This document shows, one piece after another, positions 35,480 to 45,556 of a DNA stretch of 64,000 nucleotides (the stretch's first letter is position 1; each line of letters begins with the position of its first letter). The notes beneath the pieces were generated by a model that ran no database searches, was not told where the DNA came from, and saw only the letters and a program-made list of their open reading frames with translations. The stretch comes from Clostridia bacterium (GTDB lineage: Bacteria; Bacillota; Clostridia; Oscillospirales; QAKW01), in the NCBI GenBank assembly GCA_017560905.1, contig JAFZEA010000023.1:8718-72717 (forward strand). The letters run 5' to 3'. A program made the position numbers and the translations under genes.

Positions 35480-36901
35480 ATGGGAGGATTTTTCGGAATT
35501 GCCTCTAAAAAAGAGTGCCTGATGGACGTCTACTTTGGTGTAGACTATCATTCCCATCTGGGTACCCGCAGAGCAGGCCTGGCTGCGTATGACCGGAACA
35601 TCGGTCTGCAACGGCAAATTCACAATATTGAAAAAACACCGTTCCGTACAAAATTTGAGGGCGTATTTGAGGAAATGAAGGGTACCAGTGCCATCGGATG
35701 TATTTCCGATGTGGACCCTCAGCCCTTGCTCATCCGTTCCAAGATGGGTACCTTCGCCATTTGTACCACAGGTATTATCAATAATGCGGAAGAACTGATC
35801 GAAAAGTATCTGGACAACGGCGGTCACTTTGATGCGATGACCGGCGGCAACGTCAACAATACGGAGTTGCTGGCTTCGCTCATCTCTCTTAAAGGTGATT
35901 TTGTCCAGGGCATCAAATTTGCGCAGGAAGTTATCGACGGCACCACCACCATACTCATTCTCACAGACGACGGTTCCATCATCGCCGCCCGTGACAAGAT
36001 GGGCAGACTGCCTGTTTTAGTGGGTAAAAACGAGGATGGATATTGTGTGACGCTGGAAAGCTTCGCCTGTACGAAGCTGGACTATGCCGAGGATCGTACC
36101 TTGGGCCCCGGTGAGATCGTTAAGATCACGGAGGACGAAATTGTTCAGTTGGTAGCCCCCGGTAATAAAAAGAGAGTTTGCTCTTTTCTGTGGACCTATT
36201 ACGGTTACTCTACCTCCTCTTATGAGGGGATCAGCGTAGAGGGTATGCGCTACCGCGACGGCGCTCTGCTTGCAAAGCAAGACGAGCAAAAAGGTTCGGT
36301 AGGGGAGATCGACTACGTATGCGGTATGCCGGACAGCGGTATCCCGCACGCCATTGGTTATGCCAATGCCAGCGGCAATCACTATGCCCGTGCCTTTATC
36401 AAGTATACCCCCACTTGGGCTCGTTCTTTTATGCCCGCCAAGCAGATCGAGAGAGACCGTATTGCTAAGATGAAGCAGATTCCCGTACACGATCTCATTC
36501 GTGATAAGAAACTGTTGTTTGTAGACGATTCTATCGTGCGCGGCACGCAGATCAGAGAAACTGTAGATTTTCTCTATGAAAACGGCGCCAAGGAAGTACA
36601 TATGCGCTCCGCCTGCCCGCCTATTATGTACGGTTGTAAGTTTCTCAACTTCTCCCGTTCCACCTCGGATATGGATCTGATCGCTCGCAGAGTGATATTG
36701 GAACTGGAAGGGGAGGATGGTTTTGCACATATCGATGAATACATCGATGCCACCACTGAGCGTGGTCAAAAGCTCAGAGATGTGCTGTGCAAACGATTTA
36801 ATTTTGCTTCTCTTGAATTTCAGTCACTGCAAAATATTATTGAGGCCATCGGCCTGCCGGAGTGCGAGCTGTGCACGTACTGTTGGAACGGCAAAGAATA
36901 A
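35480..36901 (+). CDS. purF: amidophosphoribosyltransferase-like protein lacking the N-terminal nucleophile Cys
   Basis: In the purF position of the operon. The PRTase motif LLFVDDSIVRGTQ is present. The N-terminus is MGGFFGIAS, where canonical PurF has MCGI(V/L)G. ATG 35480 follows aaggag and the purC stop, so no upstream Cys is possible. Confidence 0.8.
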   Translation: MGGFFGIASKKECLMDVYFGVDYHSHLGTRRAGLAAYDRNIGLQRQIHNIEKTPFRTKFEGVFEEMKGTSAIGCISDVDPQPLLIRSKMGTFAICTTGIINNAEELIEKYLDNGGHFDAMTGGNVNNTELLASLISLKGDFVQGIKFAQEVIDGTTTILILTDDGSIIAARDKMGRLPVLVGKNEDGYCVTLESFACTKLDYAEDRTLGPGEIVKITEDEIVQLVAPGNKKRVCSFLWTYYGYSTSSYEGISVEGMRYRDGALLAKQDEQKGSVGEIDYVCGMPDSGIPHAIGYANASGNHYARAFIKYTPTWARSFMPAKQIERDRIAKMKQIPVHDLIRDKKLLFVDDSIVRGTQIRETVDFLYENGAKEVHMRSACPPIMYGCKFLNFSRSTSDMDLIARRVILELEGEDGFAHIDEYIDATTERGQKLRDVLCKRFNFASLEFQSLQNIIEAIGLPECELCTYCWNGKE

Positions 36902-36929
36902 AAAATAAAAAAGTAAGGAAATAACGATT

Positions 36930-37979
36930 ATGGCTATGCATGCGAACTCCAAATCTGATTCCTACGCCGCAGCAGGCGTAGATATTACCGCCGGTTACAA
37001 GGCGGTTGAGCTGATGAAGAGCCACGTGGCTCGTACTATGACCCCCGGTGTATGCTCCGATGTAGGGGGCTTTGGTGGCCTGTTTGAACTGGACCTCACC
37101 GGTATCACCCGCCCCGTATTGGTCAGCGGCACCGATGGTGTAGGCACCAAGCTTAAATTGGCTTTTATTATGGATAAGCACGACACTGTGGGTATTGACT
37201 GTGTGGCAATGTGTGTTAACGACATCATTTGCGCCGGTGCCAAGCCCCTGGTATTTCTGGACTATATCGCCTGCGGTAAAAACTTCCCTGAAAAGATCGC
37301 TGCCATTGTCAGCGGTGTGGCAGAGGGTTGTGTGCAGGCAGGCGCCGCACTTATCGGCGGTGAAACGGCCGAGATGCCCGGTTTTTATCCCGTTGACGAA
37401 TACGATCTGGCCGGTTATTCCACCGGTGTGGTCGATAAGAGCAAGATCATTGACAACAGCAAGATGAAAGCGGGCGACGTTATCATCGCTCTGCCCTCCA
37501 GCGGTGTCCACTCCAACGGCTTTTCTCTGGTAAGAAAAGTATTTGATGTGGAGAACGCTGATATCAAATCCCCCTGCGAAGAACTGGGCGGAAAATCGAT
37601 CGGTGAGACTCTGTTGACCCCCACTAAGATCTATGTTAAACCTGTATTGGCCTTGCTTGACAATGTTTCCGTCAAGGGTATTTCTCACATTACGGGCGGC
37701 GGCTTCTACGAGAACATCCCGAGAAGCATTCCGGGGGGCCTGGGCGCCAAGATCGAGCGTAGCGCTATTAAGATCCTGCCCATCTTTGATCTGATTGCAA
37801 AGCGCGGTAACATTTCTGAGAGAGATATGTTCAACACCTTTAATATGGGTGTTGGTATGAGCATCGTAGTGGCCCCCGAGGACGTAGATAAGTCTTTGGA
37901 AATTCTGAAAGCCAACGGCGAGGAGCCTTATGTCATTGGTACCATCATTGAAAGTGACGAGGAAGTCGTATTCTGCTGA
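36930..37979 (+). CDS. purM: phosphoribosylformylglycinamidine cyclo-ligase (AIR synthase)
   Basis: [15 protein letters not shown] and DGVGTK motifs. Confidence 0.95.
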   Translation: MAMHANSKSDSYAAAGVDITAGYKAVELMKSHVARTMTPGVCSDVGGFGGLFELDLTGITRPVLVSGTDGVGTKLKLAFIMDKHDTVGIDCVAMCVNDIICAGAKPLVFLDYIACGKNFPEKIAAIVSGVAEGCVQAGAALIGGETAEMPGFYPVDEYDLAGYSTGVVDKSKIIDNSKMKAGDVIIALPSSGVHSNGFSLVRKVFDVENADIKSPCEELGGKSIGETLLTPTKIYVKPVLALLDNVSVKGISHITGGGFYENIPRSIPGGLGAKIERSAIKILPIFDLIAKRGNISERDMFNTFNMGVGMSIVVAPEDVDKSLEILKANGEEPYVIGTIIESDEEVVFC

Positions 37980-37990
37980 GGAGGACGATT

Positions 37991-38596
37991 ATGAATAAGG
38001 CGAAAATTGCCGTGCTGGTTTCCGGCGGCGGTACCAACCTGCAGGCACTGATTGATGCACAAAAGCAGGGGATACTGTTGAGCGGCGAGATCAAGCTGGT
38101 CATTTCCAACAAACCCGGCGCCTACGCTTTGGAGCGTGCCGCAGGGGCGGGCATCGATACGCTTGTGATAGATAAAAAGAGTTGTGTCGATCACGCCGAA
38201 TTTGAGCAAAAACTGATGGATGCTCTTGCGGAAAACGGTATTGACCTGATCGTACTGGCAGGCTTTATGGTGATCCTGTCCGAGCGCTTTACAAGCGCAT
38301 ATCCCAAGCGGATCATCAACGTGCATCCTTCACTTATTCCGTCGTTTTGCGGCGAGGGCTTTTACGGCCTCCGTGTCCACGAAGCGGCACTGAAATACGG
38401 TGTTAAGGTCACAGGCGCTACCGTACATTTCGTCAATGAGATTCCTGACGGCGGTGAGATCATTCTGCAAAAAGCAGTGGATATTCAAGATGGGGACACC
38501 CCCGAAATCCTGCAGCACCGTGTTATGGAGCAGGCAGAGTGGACATTGCTTCCCCGCGCCGTGGAAAAAGTTTCAAAAAATATAGCAAACGAGTAG
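37991..38596 (+). CDS. purN: phosphoribosylglycinamide formyltransferase
   Basis: IAVLVSGGGTNLQALID and NVHPSLIP motifs. Confidence 0.95.
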   Translation: MNKAKIAVLVSGGGTNLQALIDAQKQGILLSGEIKLVISNKPGAYALERAAGAGIDTLVIDKKSCVDHAEFEQKLMDALAENGIDLIVLAGFMVILSERFTSAYPKRIINVHPSLIPSFCGEGFYGLRVHEAALKYGVKVTGATVHFVNEIPDGGEIILQKAVDIQDGDTPEILQHRVMEQAEWTLLPRAVEKVSKNIANE

Positions 38597-38637
38597 GGTG
38601 ACTCTTGTCACCCTAAGTTAAAAGGAGAGGTATACAT

Positions 38638-39357
38638 ATGGATATTTATAAGATTCATAATATTGCAGAACTTATCAAGGATAACAGTTACGTAGGCCGC
38701 GGTATCGTCATCGGTAAGACCGCCGACGGTAAAAAGGCCGCAACCGCCTACTTTATTATGGGCCGCAGTGCCAACTCCCGCAACCGTATCTTTACCCAGC
38801 GTGATGGTGCTGTATTTACCGAGCCCTTTGATGCCTCCAAGGTTGAGGATCCCAGTCTGATCATCTATGCCGCTATCCGTGAGTACGAGAATAAGCTCAT
38901 CGTTACCAACGGCGATCAGACCGATACCATCTACGAGGGTCTTGACAGCGGCATCGGCTTTGCTGCAGCGCTCACTCAGAGAGAGTTTGAGCCGGATGCG
39001 CCCAACCTCACCCCCCGTATCAGTGGTATGCTTACCTTTGATGAGGGCGACTTTACCTACGATATGAGTATTCTCAAGAGCGCAGATGCCGCAGGCACCG
39101 CTTGTAATCGCTATACCTTCTCCTACGCCCCCCTTGCCGGTCTGGGTCATTTCATCCACACCTATGTTTGCGACGGTAACCCCATCCCCACCTTCCAAGG
39201 CGAGCCCGAGAGAGTGGCCATCCCCGACAGCATTGACGAGCTGACCGACAGCCTGTGGGATGCTTTGGATGCCGAAAATAAGATTTCCCTGTACGTCCGT
39301 TATATTGACCTTGCCACCGGTGAGGTTGAAAACCGCATGATCAATAAAAATAACTAA
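38638..39357 (+). CDS. purO: IMP cyclohydrolase, PurO-like (archaeal type)
   Basis: YVGRGIVIGKTADGKKAATAYFIMGRSANSRNRIF resembles the PurO N-terminal signature. It lies immediately upstream of a stand-alone AICAR transformylase gene. Confidence 0.75.
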   Translation: MDIYKIHNIAELIKDNSYVGRGIVIGKTADGKKAATAYFIMGRSANSRNRIFTQRDGAVFTEPFDASKVEDPSLIIYAAIREYENKLIVTNGDQTDTIYEGLDSGIGFAAALTQREFEPDAPNLTPRISGMLTFDEGDFTYDMSILKSADAAGTACNRYTFSYAPLAGLGHFIHTYVCDGNPIPTFQGEPERVAIPDSIDELTDSLWDALDAENKISLYVRYIDLATGEVENRMINKNN

Positions 39358-39368
39358 GGAGACAGACC

Positions 39369-40553
39369 ATGAAAGAATTTGAACTCAAGTACGGCTGTAA
39401 CCCCAATCAAAAACCTTCTCGTATTTTTATGAGAAACGGTGCCGACCTGCCCATCAAGATTCTTAACGGCAGACCCGGCTATATCAATTTTCTGGATGCT
39501 TTCAACTCCTGGCAGTTGGTTAAAGAGCTCAAAGAAGCCCTTGGCCTGCCCGCAGTAACCTCTTTCAAGCACGTCAGCCCCACCTCTGCGGCAGTCGGTA
39601 TTCCGCTGTCCGACAAACTCAAGAAGGCTTGCTTTGTTGAGGATATCGAGGGACTGGATGACAGCCCTCTGGCCTGCGCTTATGCCAGAGCAAGAGGTAC
39701 TGACAGAATGTGTTCTTTTGGTGACTGGGTGGCACTGAGCGACGTTTGCGACGTCACCACCGCCAAGATGATCGCCCGTGAAGTTTCTGACGGCATCATC
39801 GCCCCCGGCTATCAGCCCGAAGCTTTGGAAATTCTCAAAGCAAAGAGAAAGGGCAGCTACAATGTCGTAGAGATCGACCCTGGCTATGTCCCCGAGGTGC
39901 AGGAGACCAAAGAAGTCTTCGGTATCACCTTTGAGCAGGGCAGAAATAATTTTGAGATCAACCGTGAGTTGCTGGGTAATATCGTGACCGCCAACAAGGA
40001 TCTGCCTGAAAGTGCGGTACGTGATCTTATCATTGCACTCATCACGTTGAAATACACCCAGTCCAACTCTGTATGCTATGCAGTGGACGGACAGGCTATT
40101 GGTGTAGGCGCAGGACAGCAATCCCGTATTCACTGCACCCGTCTGGCGGGTACCAAGGCAGACACCTGGTTCCTCAGACAACACGATAAAGTTTTGAACC
40201 TGCCCTTTAAGGCAGAGATTCGCCGCCCCGATCGTGACAACGTTATCGACGGCTATATCAACCGTAACGAAGAAGACGTATGCGCTGAGGGCAACTGGCA
40301 GAAATATTTCACTACCCGTCCCGAGCCGCTGACCGACGAAGAGATCAAGGCTTATCTTGCCACCATCGACGGCGTGGCACTGGGCAGTGATGCTTTCTTC
40401 CCCTTTGATGACAACATTGAGAGAGCCTATCGCTCCGGTGTTAAGTACATCGCCGAGCCCGGCGGCTCTATCCGTGACGATGTTGTGATCGAGTGTGCCG
40501 ACAAGTACGGTATGACTCTGTCCTTTACCGGAATGAGACTGTTCCATCATTAA
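39369..40553 (+). CDS. purH: AICAR formyltransferase (PurH C-terminal-domain-only form)
   Basis: LKYGCNPNQ opening and AICARFT-like sequence throughout. At 394 aa it lacks the MGS-like IMP cyclohydrolase domain. Confidence 0.85.
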   Translation: MKEFELKYGCNPNQKPSRIFMRNGADLPIKILNGRPGYINFLDAFNSWQLVKELKEALGLPAVTSFKHVSPTSAAVGIPLSDKLKKACFVEDIEGLDDSPLACAYARARGTDRMCSFGDWVALSDVCDVTTAKMIAREVSDGIIAPGYQPEALEILKAKRKGSYNVVEIDPGYVPEVQETKEVFGITFEQGRNNFEINRELLGNIVTANKDLPESAVRDLIIALITLKYTQSNSVCYAVDGQAIGVGAGQQSRIHCTRLAGTKADTWFLRQHDKVLNLPFKAEIRRPDRDNVIDGYINRNEEDVCAEGNWQKYFTTRPEPLTDEEIKAYLATIDGVALGSDAFFPFDDNIERAYRSGVKYIAEPGGSIRDDVVIECADKYGMTLSFTGMRLFHH

Positions 40554-40575
40554 TCTGCAGGAGAAAAGGCTACAT

Positions 40576-41844
40576 ATGAAAATAATGGTTGTAGGTGGCG
40601 GCGGACGAGAGCACGCCATCATCAAAAAAATCAAAGAAAACCCTAACGTCAGCGAGATCTTTGCCCTACCAGGCAACGGCGGTATGGCAGGTGATGCCAC
40701 GCTGGTGCCCATCGGTGCAAAGGATATTGACAACATTGTGGCCTTTGCCGAGGAAAAAGGCATTGACTACGCTGTGGTTGCGCCCGACGATCCGTTGGTA
40801 CTGGGTTGTGTGGATGCATTGGAAGAAAAGGGGATTCCTTGCTTTGGCCCCAGAGCCGATGCCGCTATTATTGAGGGCAGTAAGGTATTTTCTAAAAACC
40901 TGATGAAGAAATACGGTATTCCCACTGCGGAATACGAAGTATTCGACGATATGGAAGCTGCGCTGAAATATCTTGAAACCGCACCCGCTCCCACGGTTAT
41001 TAAGGCCGATGGTCTGGCACTGGGTAAGGGCGTTATTATCGCCACCACTCGTGAGGAAGCTATGGAAGCCGTTAAGAGTATGATGGCAGACAAGGTGTTT
41101 GGTCACAGCGGTGACCACATCGTAATTGAAGAGTTTCTCACCGGTCCCGAGGTCAGCGTACTGTCCTTTACCGACGGCAAATGTGTGGTGCCGATGATTT
41201 CTTCTATGGACCACAAGAGAGCAGGGGATAACGACACGGGACTCAATACCGGCGGTATGGGTACGGTTGCCCCCAATCCCTATTATACCGATGACATTGC
41301 CGAGCGTTGTATGAAGGAGATATTCCTGCCCACGATCAACGCTATGAATGCCGAAGGGCGCACTTTCAAGGGTTGCCTGTATTTCGGACTGATGCTGACA
41401 GACAAGGGTCCCAAAGTCATTGAGTACAACTGCCGTTTCGGTGACCCCGAAACACAGGTGGTACTGCCTCTGTTGGAAAGCGACTTGCTTACAGTAATGC
41501 AGTCGGTCACAAACGAAACGTTGGCAGATACCGAAGTTCAATTTGCCGACCGCCATGCCTGCTGTGTCATTATGGCATCCGAGGGCTATCCCACCGCCTA
41601 TGACAAAGGCTTTGAGATGACCATTCCCGCTGAGATAGCAGACAACGTGTATGTCGCAGGCGCAAAGCTTGCCGACGGAAAATTGCTCACCGACGGCGGA
41701 CGTGTATTGGGCGCCACAGCCGTAGCAGATACGCTGCCTGAGGCAATCAAGGATTCCTATGCACTGGTTGAACAGATTCACTTTGACAATGCTTACTATC
41801 GTCACGATATCGGTGCCCGTGCGCTGAAAGCAAAAGGAGAATAA
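40576..41844 (+). CDS. purD: phosphoribosylamine--glycine ligase
   Basis: MKIMVVGGGGREHA N-terminus and ATP-grasp motifs. Confidence 0.96.
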   Translation: MKIMVVGGGGREHAIIKKIKENPNVSEIFALPGNGGMAGDATLVPIGAKDIDNIVAFAEEKGIDYAVVAPDDPLVLGCVDALEEKGIPCFGPRADAAIIEGSKVFSKNLMKKYGIPTAEYEVFDDMEAALKYLETAPAPTVIKADGLALGKGVIIATTREEAMEAVKSMMADKVFGHSGDHIVIEEFLTGPEVSVLSFTDGKCVVPMISSMDHKRAGDNDTGLNTGGMGTVAPNPYYTDDIAERCMKEIFLPTINAMNAEGRTFKGCLYFGLMLTDKGPKVIEYNCRFGDPETQVVLPLLESDLLTVMQSVTNETLADTEVQFADRHACCVIMASEGYPTAYDKGFEMTIPAEIADNVYVAGAKLADGKLLTDGGRVLGATAVADTLPEAIKDSYALVEQIHFDNAYYRHDIGARALKAKGE

Positions 41845-41845
41845 A

Positions 41846-44800
41846 ATGGTATACAGAATATATGTAGAAAAGAAAAAAGAACTGGCTCACGAAGCCAAGG
41901 CGCTGCTGGGCGATGCTCGCAGTCTGCTCGGCATCAAGGCATTGGAAGATGTACGTGTTATCAACCGCTACGATGCGGAGAACATCTCCGAGGAACTCTT
42001 TGAGAGAGCCAAGACGACCGTATTTTCCGAGCCGCAGCTGGATAATATCAGCGATACTCTGGAAACAGAGGGCGCTACCGTATTTGCAGTAGAGTATCTG
42101 CCCGGTCAGTTTGACCAGCGTGCCGACTCTGCCGCTCAATGTATTCAAATTCTGTCGCAGGGTGATCGTCCTACCGTACGCACCGCTAAGGTGTATGCAC
42201 TGTACGGCGCACTGAGCGAGGCAGAAATTGACGAGATCAAAAAATACGTTATCAATCCCGTAGAAGCCCGTGAGGCTACTCTTGAAAAGCCCCAAACACT
42301 TAAGATGGAGTATGATCTGCCCACGACCGTTAAAACACTGGATGGTTTTATTGATCTGGACAGAGCAGGGCTGGAGGCTTTTGTTGAGGAATATGCACTG
42401 GCTATGGATGCGGACGATATTGCATTTTGCCAGAATTATTTCCGCAGTGAGCACCGTGATCCCACCATTACCGAGATTCGTATGATCGACACCTATTGGT
42501 CAGATCACTGCCGTCACACCACCTTCCTTACCGTTATTGACGACGTTAAGTTTGAGGACAAACTGTTGCAGGAGACCTATGAGGATTACCTCAACACCCG
42601 TAAAGAACTTGGCCGCACCAAGCCCATTTGCTTGATGGACATTGCCACACTGGCCGTGCGCTATCTTAAAAAAGAGGGCAAACTGGAAAAACTTGACGAG
42701 AGCGAGGAGATCAACGCCTGTACCGTCAAGATCGAGGTAGAAGCCGACGGCAAAAAAGAGCCGTGGCTGTTGCTCTTTAAAAACGAAACCCACAACCATC
42801 CCACCGAGATCGAGCCGTTCGGCGGTGCCGCCACCTGTATCGGCGGTGCTATCCGCGATCCGCTGTCGGGACGTGCTTATGTTTATGCCGCTATGCGTGT
42901 TACCGGCGCCGCTGACCCCTTAAAGCCCGTCAGCGAAACCATTCCCGGCAAGCTGCCGCAGAGAAAGATCGTTACCACCGCCGCCGCAGGTTACTCCTCT
43001 TACGGTAACCAGATCGGTCTGGCTACGGGTATGGTAGACGAGATCTTCCACGATGGTTATGCCGCTAAGCGTATGGAAATCGGTGCCGTAATTGCTGCTG
43101 CTCCTGCCGAAAACGTAAGAAGAGAGCGCCCCGAAGCAGGTGACGTTGTCATTTTGCTGGGTGGTTCTACGGGACGAGATGGTTGCGGCGGTGCTACCGG
43201 TTCTTCCAAGAGCCACACCTCCAAGTCTTTGGAAACCTGTGGTGCTGAGGTACAAAAGGGTAATGCACCCGAAGAAAGAAAACTGCAAAGACTGTTCCGT
43301 AACGGTGAAGCCACCCGTATGATCAAGCGTTGTAACGACTTTGGTGCAGGCGGTGTATCCGTTGCCATCGGTGAATTGGCTGACGGTCTTGTTATCGACC
43401 TCAACGCTGTTCCCAAGAAATACGAAGGTCTGGACGGCACAGAGCTTGCCATCAGTGAAAGCCAGGAGAGAATGGCTGTTGTTGTTGAGGCAGGAGATGT
43501 AGATGCGTTCCTCGCACTGGCCGCCAAAGAAAATCTGCAGGCTTGCGCCGTGGCTACCGTGCAGGCAGAGCCTAGACTGGTTATGCACTGGAATGGCAAC
43601 AAAATCGTTGACCTGTCCCGTGAATTCCTCAACTCCAACGGTGCTGACAAGCACATCACCATCACTCCCGCCGCTCCCGCGCTCAAGGCAAAAGAGATCG
43701 ACGGCGGATTTGCAGATAACTATACTAAGCTGGCAGGTGACCTCAATATCTGTTCTAAGAGAGGTCTCAGTGAGCGCTTTGACTCTACCATCGGTGCGGG
43801 CACCGTATTGATGCCCTTTGGTGGAAAGCATCAGCTCACTCCCATTCAGGCAATGGTACATAAGATTTCTATGGAGGAGAAAAAGACCGAGGACGTTTCC
43901 TATATGTCATGGGGCTACAATCCCTTCATTACCGAACAGAGCCCCTATCACGGCGCTTATCTGGCCGTAGTGGAATCGGTTTGCAAACTGATTGCTGTAG
44001 GCGCTTCCTTTGAGGACGTTTATCTGACCTTCCAGGAATACTTTGAGCATCCCGGTAAGGATGGCAAGCGTTGGGGTAAGCCTCTGGCCGCCCTGCTCGG
44101 TGCCTTTGCCGCACAGAAAAACCTCGGCATCGGTTCTATCGGCGGTAAGGACTCTATGAGTGGCTCCTTTGAAGATCTCGATGTTCCGCCCACACTGGTA
44201 TCCTTTGCCGTAACCACGGGTAAGGAAAAAGAGGTTATTTCTCCCGAATTTAAGAGAGCAGGGGACAAGGTCGTACTGATCACCCCCGATTTTGACGAAA
44301 ACGGTCTGCCCGTCACCGACAGTCTGGTCGCTGTGATGAACCGTGTGACCGACCTTATGCGTAAAGGCAAAGTACTTGCTTGCTATACACCCACTATGGG
44401 CGGTATTGCCGAAGCTGTGATGAAGATGGCATTCGGTAACGGTCTGGGCTTTGCCTATGATGCCGCTATGGATGTAAAGACGGTCTTTGATTATAACTAC
44501 GGCAGCTTCTTGCTGGAAGTTACCGAAGATGTTGAGGGCGCTACTCTTGTCGGTGTCGTTACCGACGACGGTGCGCTGACAATGGGCGGCGAGTGTGTTG
44601 ACCTTGCAAAGTTGCTGGGTGTTTATGAGGATAAACTGGAAAGCGTATATAGCTGCAATATTCCTCAGAGCGGCAAGGTAGAAAACTTTACATACGAAGC
44701 CACCTCTTATCCCGCACCTGCTATCGCCGTTGCCAAGCCTCGAGTACTTATTCCCGTATTCCCCGGCACCAACTGCGAGTATGATTCTGCCAAGGCTGTT

Positions 44801-45535
44801 GCCCGTGCCGGTGCCGAGCCTGAGATCATCGTTATTAAAAACCGTACCTCTGCCGCCATTCAGAGCAGTGTAGAGGAATTTGCGGATAAACTTAAGAGCG
44901 CACAGATGATCTTTATCCCCGGCGGTTTCTCCGGCGGTGACGAGCCGGACGGCAGCGGTAAGTTTATTACTGCTTTCTTCCGCAATGCCGCCGTTAAGGA
45001 AGGCGTGACAGACCTGCTTGAAAAGAGAGATGGTCTGATATGCGGTATCTGCAACGGCTTCCAGGCACTCATCAAGCTGGGTCTGGTACCCTACGGTAAG
45101 ATCATCGACACCGATGAAACCTGCCCCACGCTGACCTTCAATACCATCGCACGTCACCAGTCCCGTATCGTGCGCACCCGTATTGCTTCCAATAAGTCTC
45201 CTTGGCTGAGTCTGATGAACGTAGGCGACATTGTCAATGTTCCCATTTCTCACGGTGAGGGTCGTTTCCTTGCTGACGAAGCCCTGATCCGTAAACTGGC
45301 CGAAAACGGACAGATCGCTACCCAGTACGTAGATCTTTGCGGTAATGCCACTACGGATGTTCATTTCAATCCTAATGACTCTATGTATGCCATTGAGGGT
45401 ATCACTTCTCCCGACGGTCGAGTATTCGGTAAGATGGGTCACAGTGAGCGTATTGCCGACGGTCTTTATAAGAACGTTCCCGGTGAATATGACATTCGTA
45501 TGTTCGAAGCCGCTGTGAAGTACTTTAAGAAATAA
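41846..45535 (+). CDS. purL: phosphoribosylformylglycinamidine synthase, single-chain (PurS-L-Q fused) form
   Basis: 1229 aa. The C-terminal glutaminase is intact (GICNGFQ Cys and SHGEGRF His). Confidence 0.95.
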   Translation: MVYRIYVEKKKELAHEAKALLGDARSLLGIKALEDVRVINRYDAENISEELFERAKTTVFSEPQLDNISDTLETEGATVFAVEYLPGQFDQRADSAAQCIQILSQGDRPTVRTAKVYALYGALSEAEIDEIKKYVINPVEAREATLEKPQTLKMEYDLPTTVKTLDGFIDLDRAGLEAFVEEYALAMDADDIAFCQNYFRSEHRDPTITEIRMIDTYWSDHCRHTTFLTVIDDVKFEDKLLQETYEDYLNTRKELGRTKPICLMDIATLAVRYLKKEGKLEKLDESEEINACTVKIEVEADGKKEPWLLLFKNETHNHPTEIEPFGGAATCIGGAIRDPLSGRAYVYAAMRVTGAADPLKPVSETIPGKLPQRKIVTTAAAGYSSYGNQIGLATGMVDEIFHDGYAAKRMEIGAVIAAAPAENVRRERPEAGDVVILLGGSTGRDGCGGATGSSKSHTSKSLETCGAEVQKGNAPEERKLQRLFRNGEATRMIKRCNDFGAGGVSVAIGELADGLVIDLNAVPKKYEGLDGTELAISESQERMAVVVEAGDVDAFLALAAKENLQACAVATVQAEPRLVMHWNGNKIVDLSREFLNSNGADKHITITPAAPALKAKEIDGGFADNYTKLAGDLNICSKRGLSERFDSTIGAGTVLMPFGGKHQLTPIQAMVHKISMEEKKTEDVSYMSWGYNPFITEQSPYHGAYLAVVESVCKLIAVGASFEDVYLTFQEYFEHPGKDGKRWGKPLAALLGAFAAQKNLGIGSIGGKDSMSGSFEDLDVPPTLVSFAVTTGKEKEVISPEFKRAGDKVVLITPDFDENGLPVTDSLVAVMNRVTDLMRKGKVLACYTPTMGGIAEAVMKMAFGNGLGFAYDAAMDVKTVFDYNYGSFLLEVTEDVEGATLVGVVTDDGALTMGGECVDLAKLLGVYEDKLESVYSCNIPQSGKVENFTYEATSYPAPAIAVAKPRVLIPVFPGTNCEYDSAKAVARAGAEPEIIVIKNRTSAAIQSSVEEFADKLKSAQMIFIPGGFSGGDEPDGSGKFITAFFRNAAVKEGVTDLLEKRDGLICGICNGFQALIKLGLVPYGKIIDTDETCPTLTFNTIARHQSRIVRTRIASNKSPWLSLMNVGDIVNVPISHGEGRFLADEALIRKLAENGQIATQYVDLCGNATTDVHFNPNDSMYAIEGITSPDGRVFGKMGHSERIADGLYKNVPGEYDIRMFEAAVKYFKK

Positions 45536-45556
45536 CTTTGAGGAGAATTTATAACC

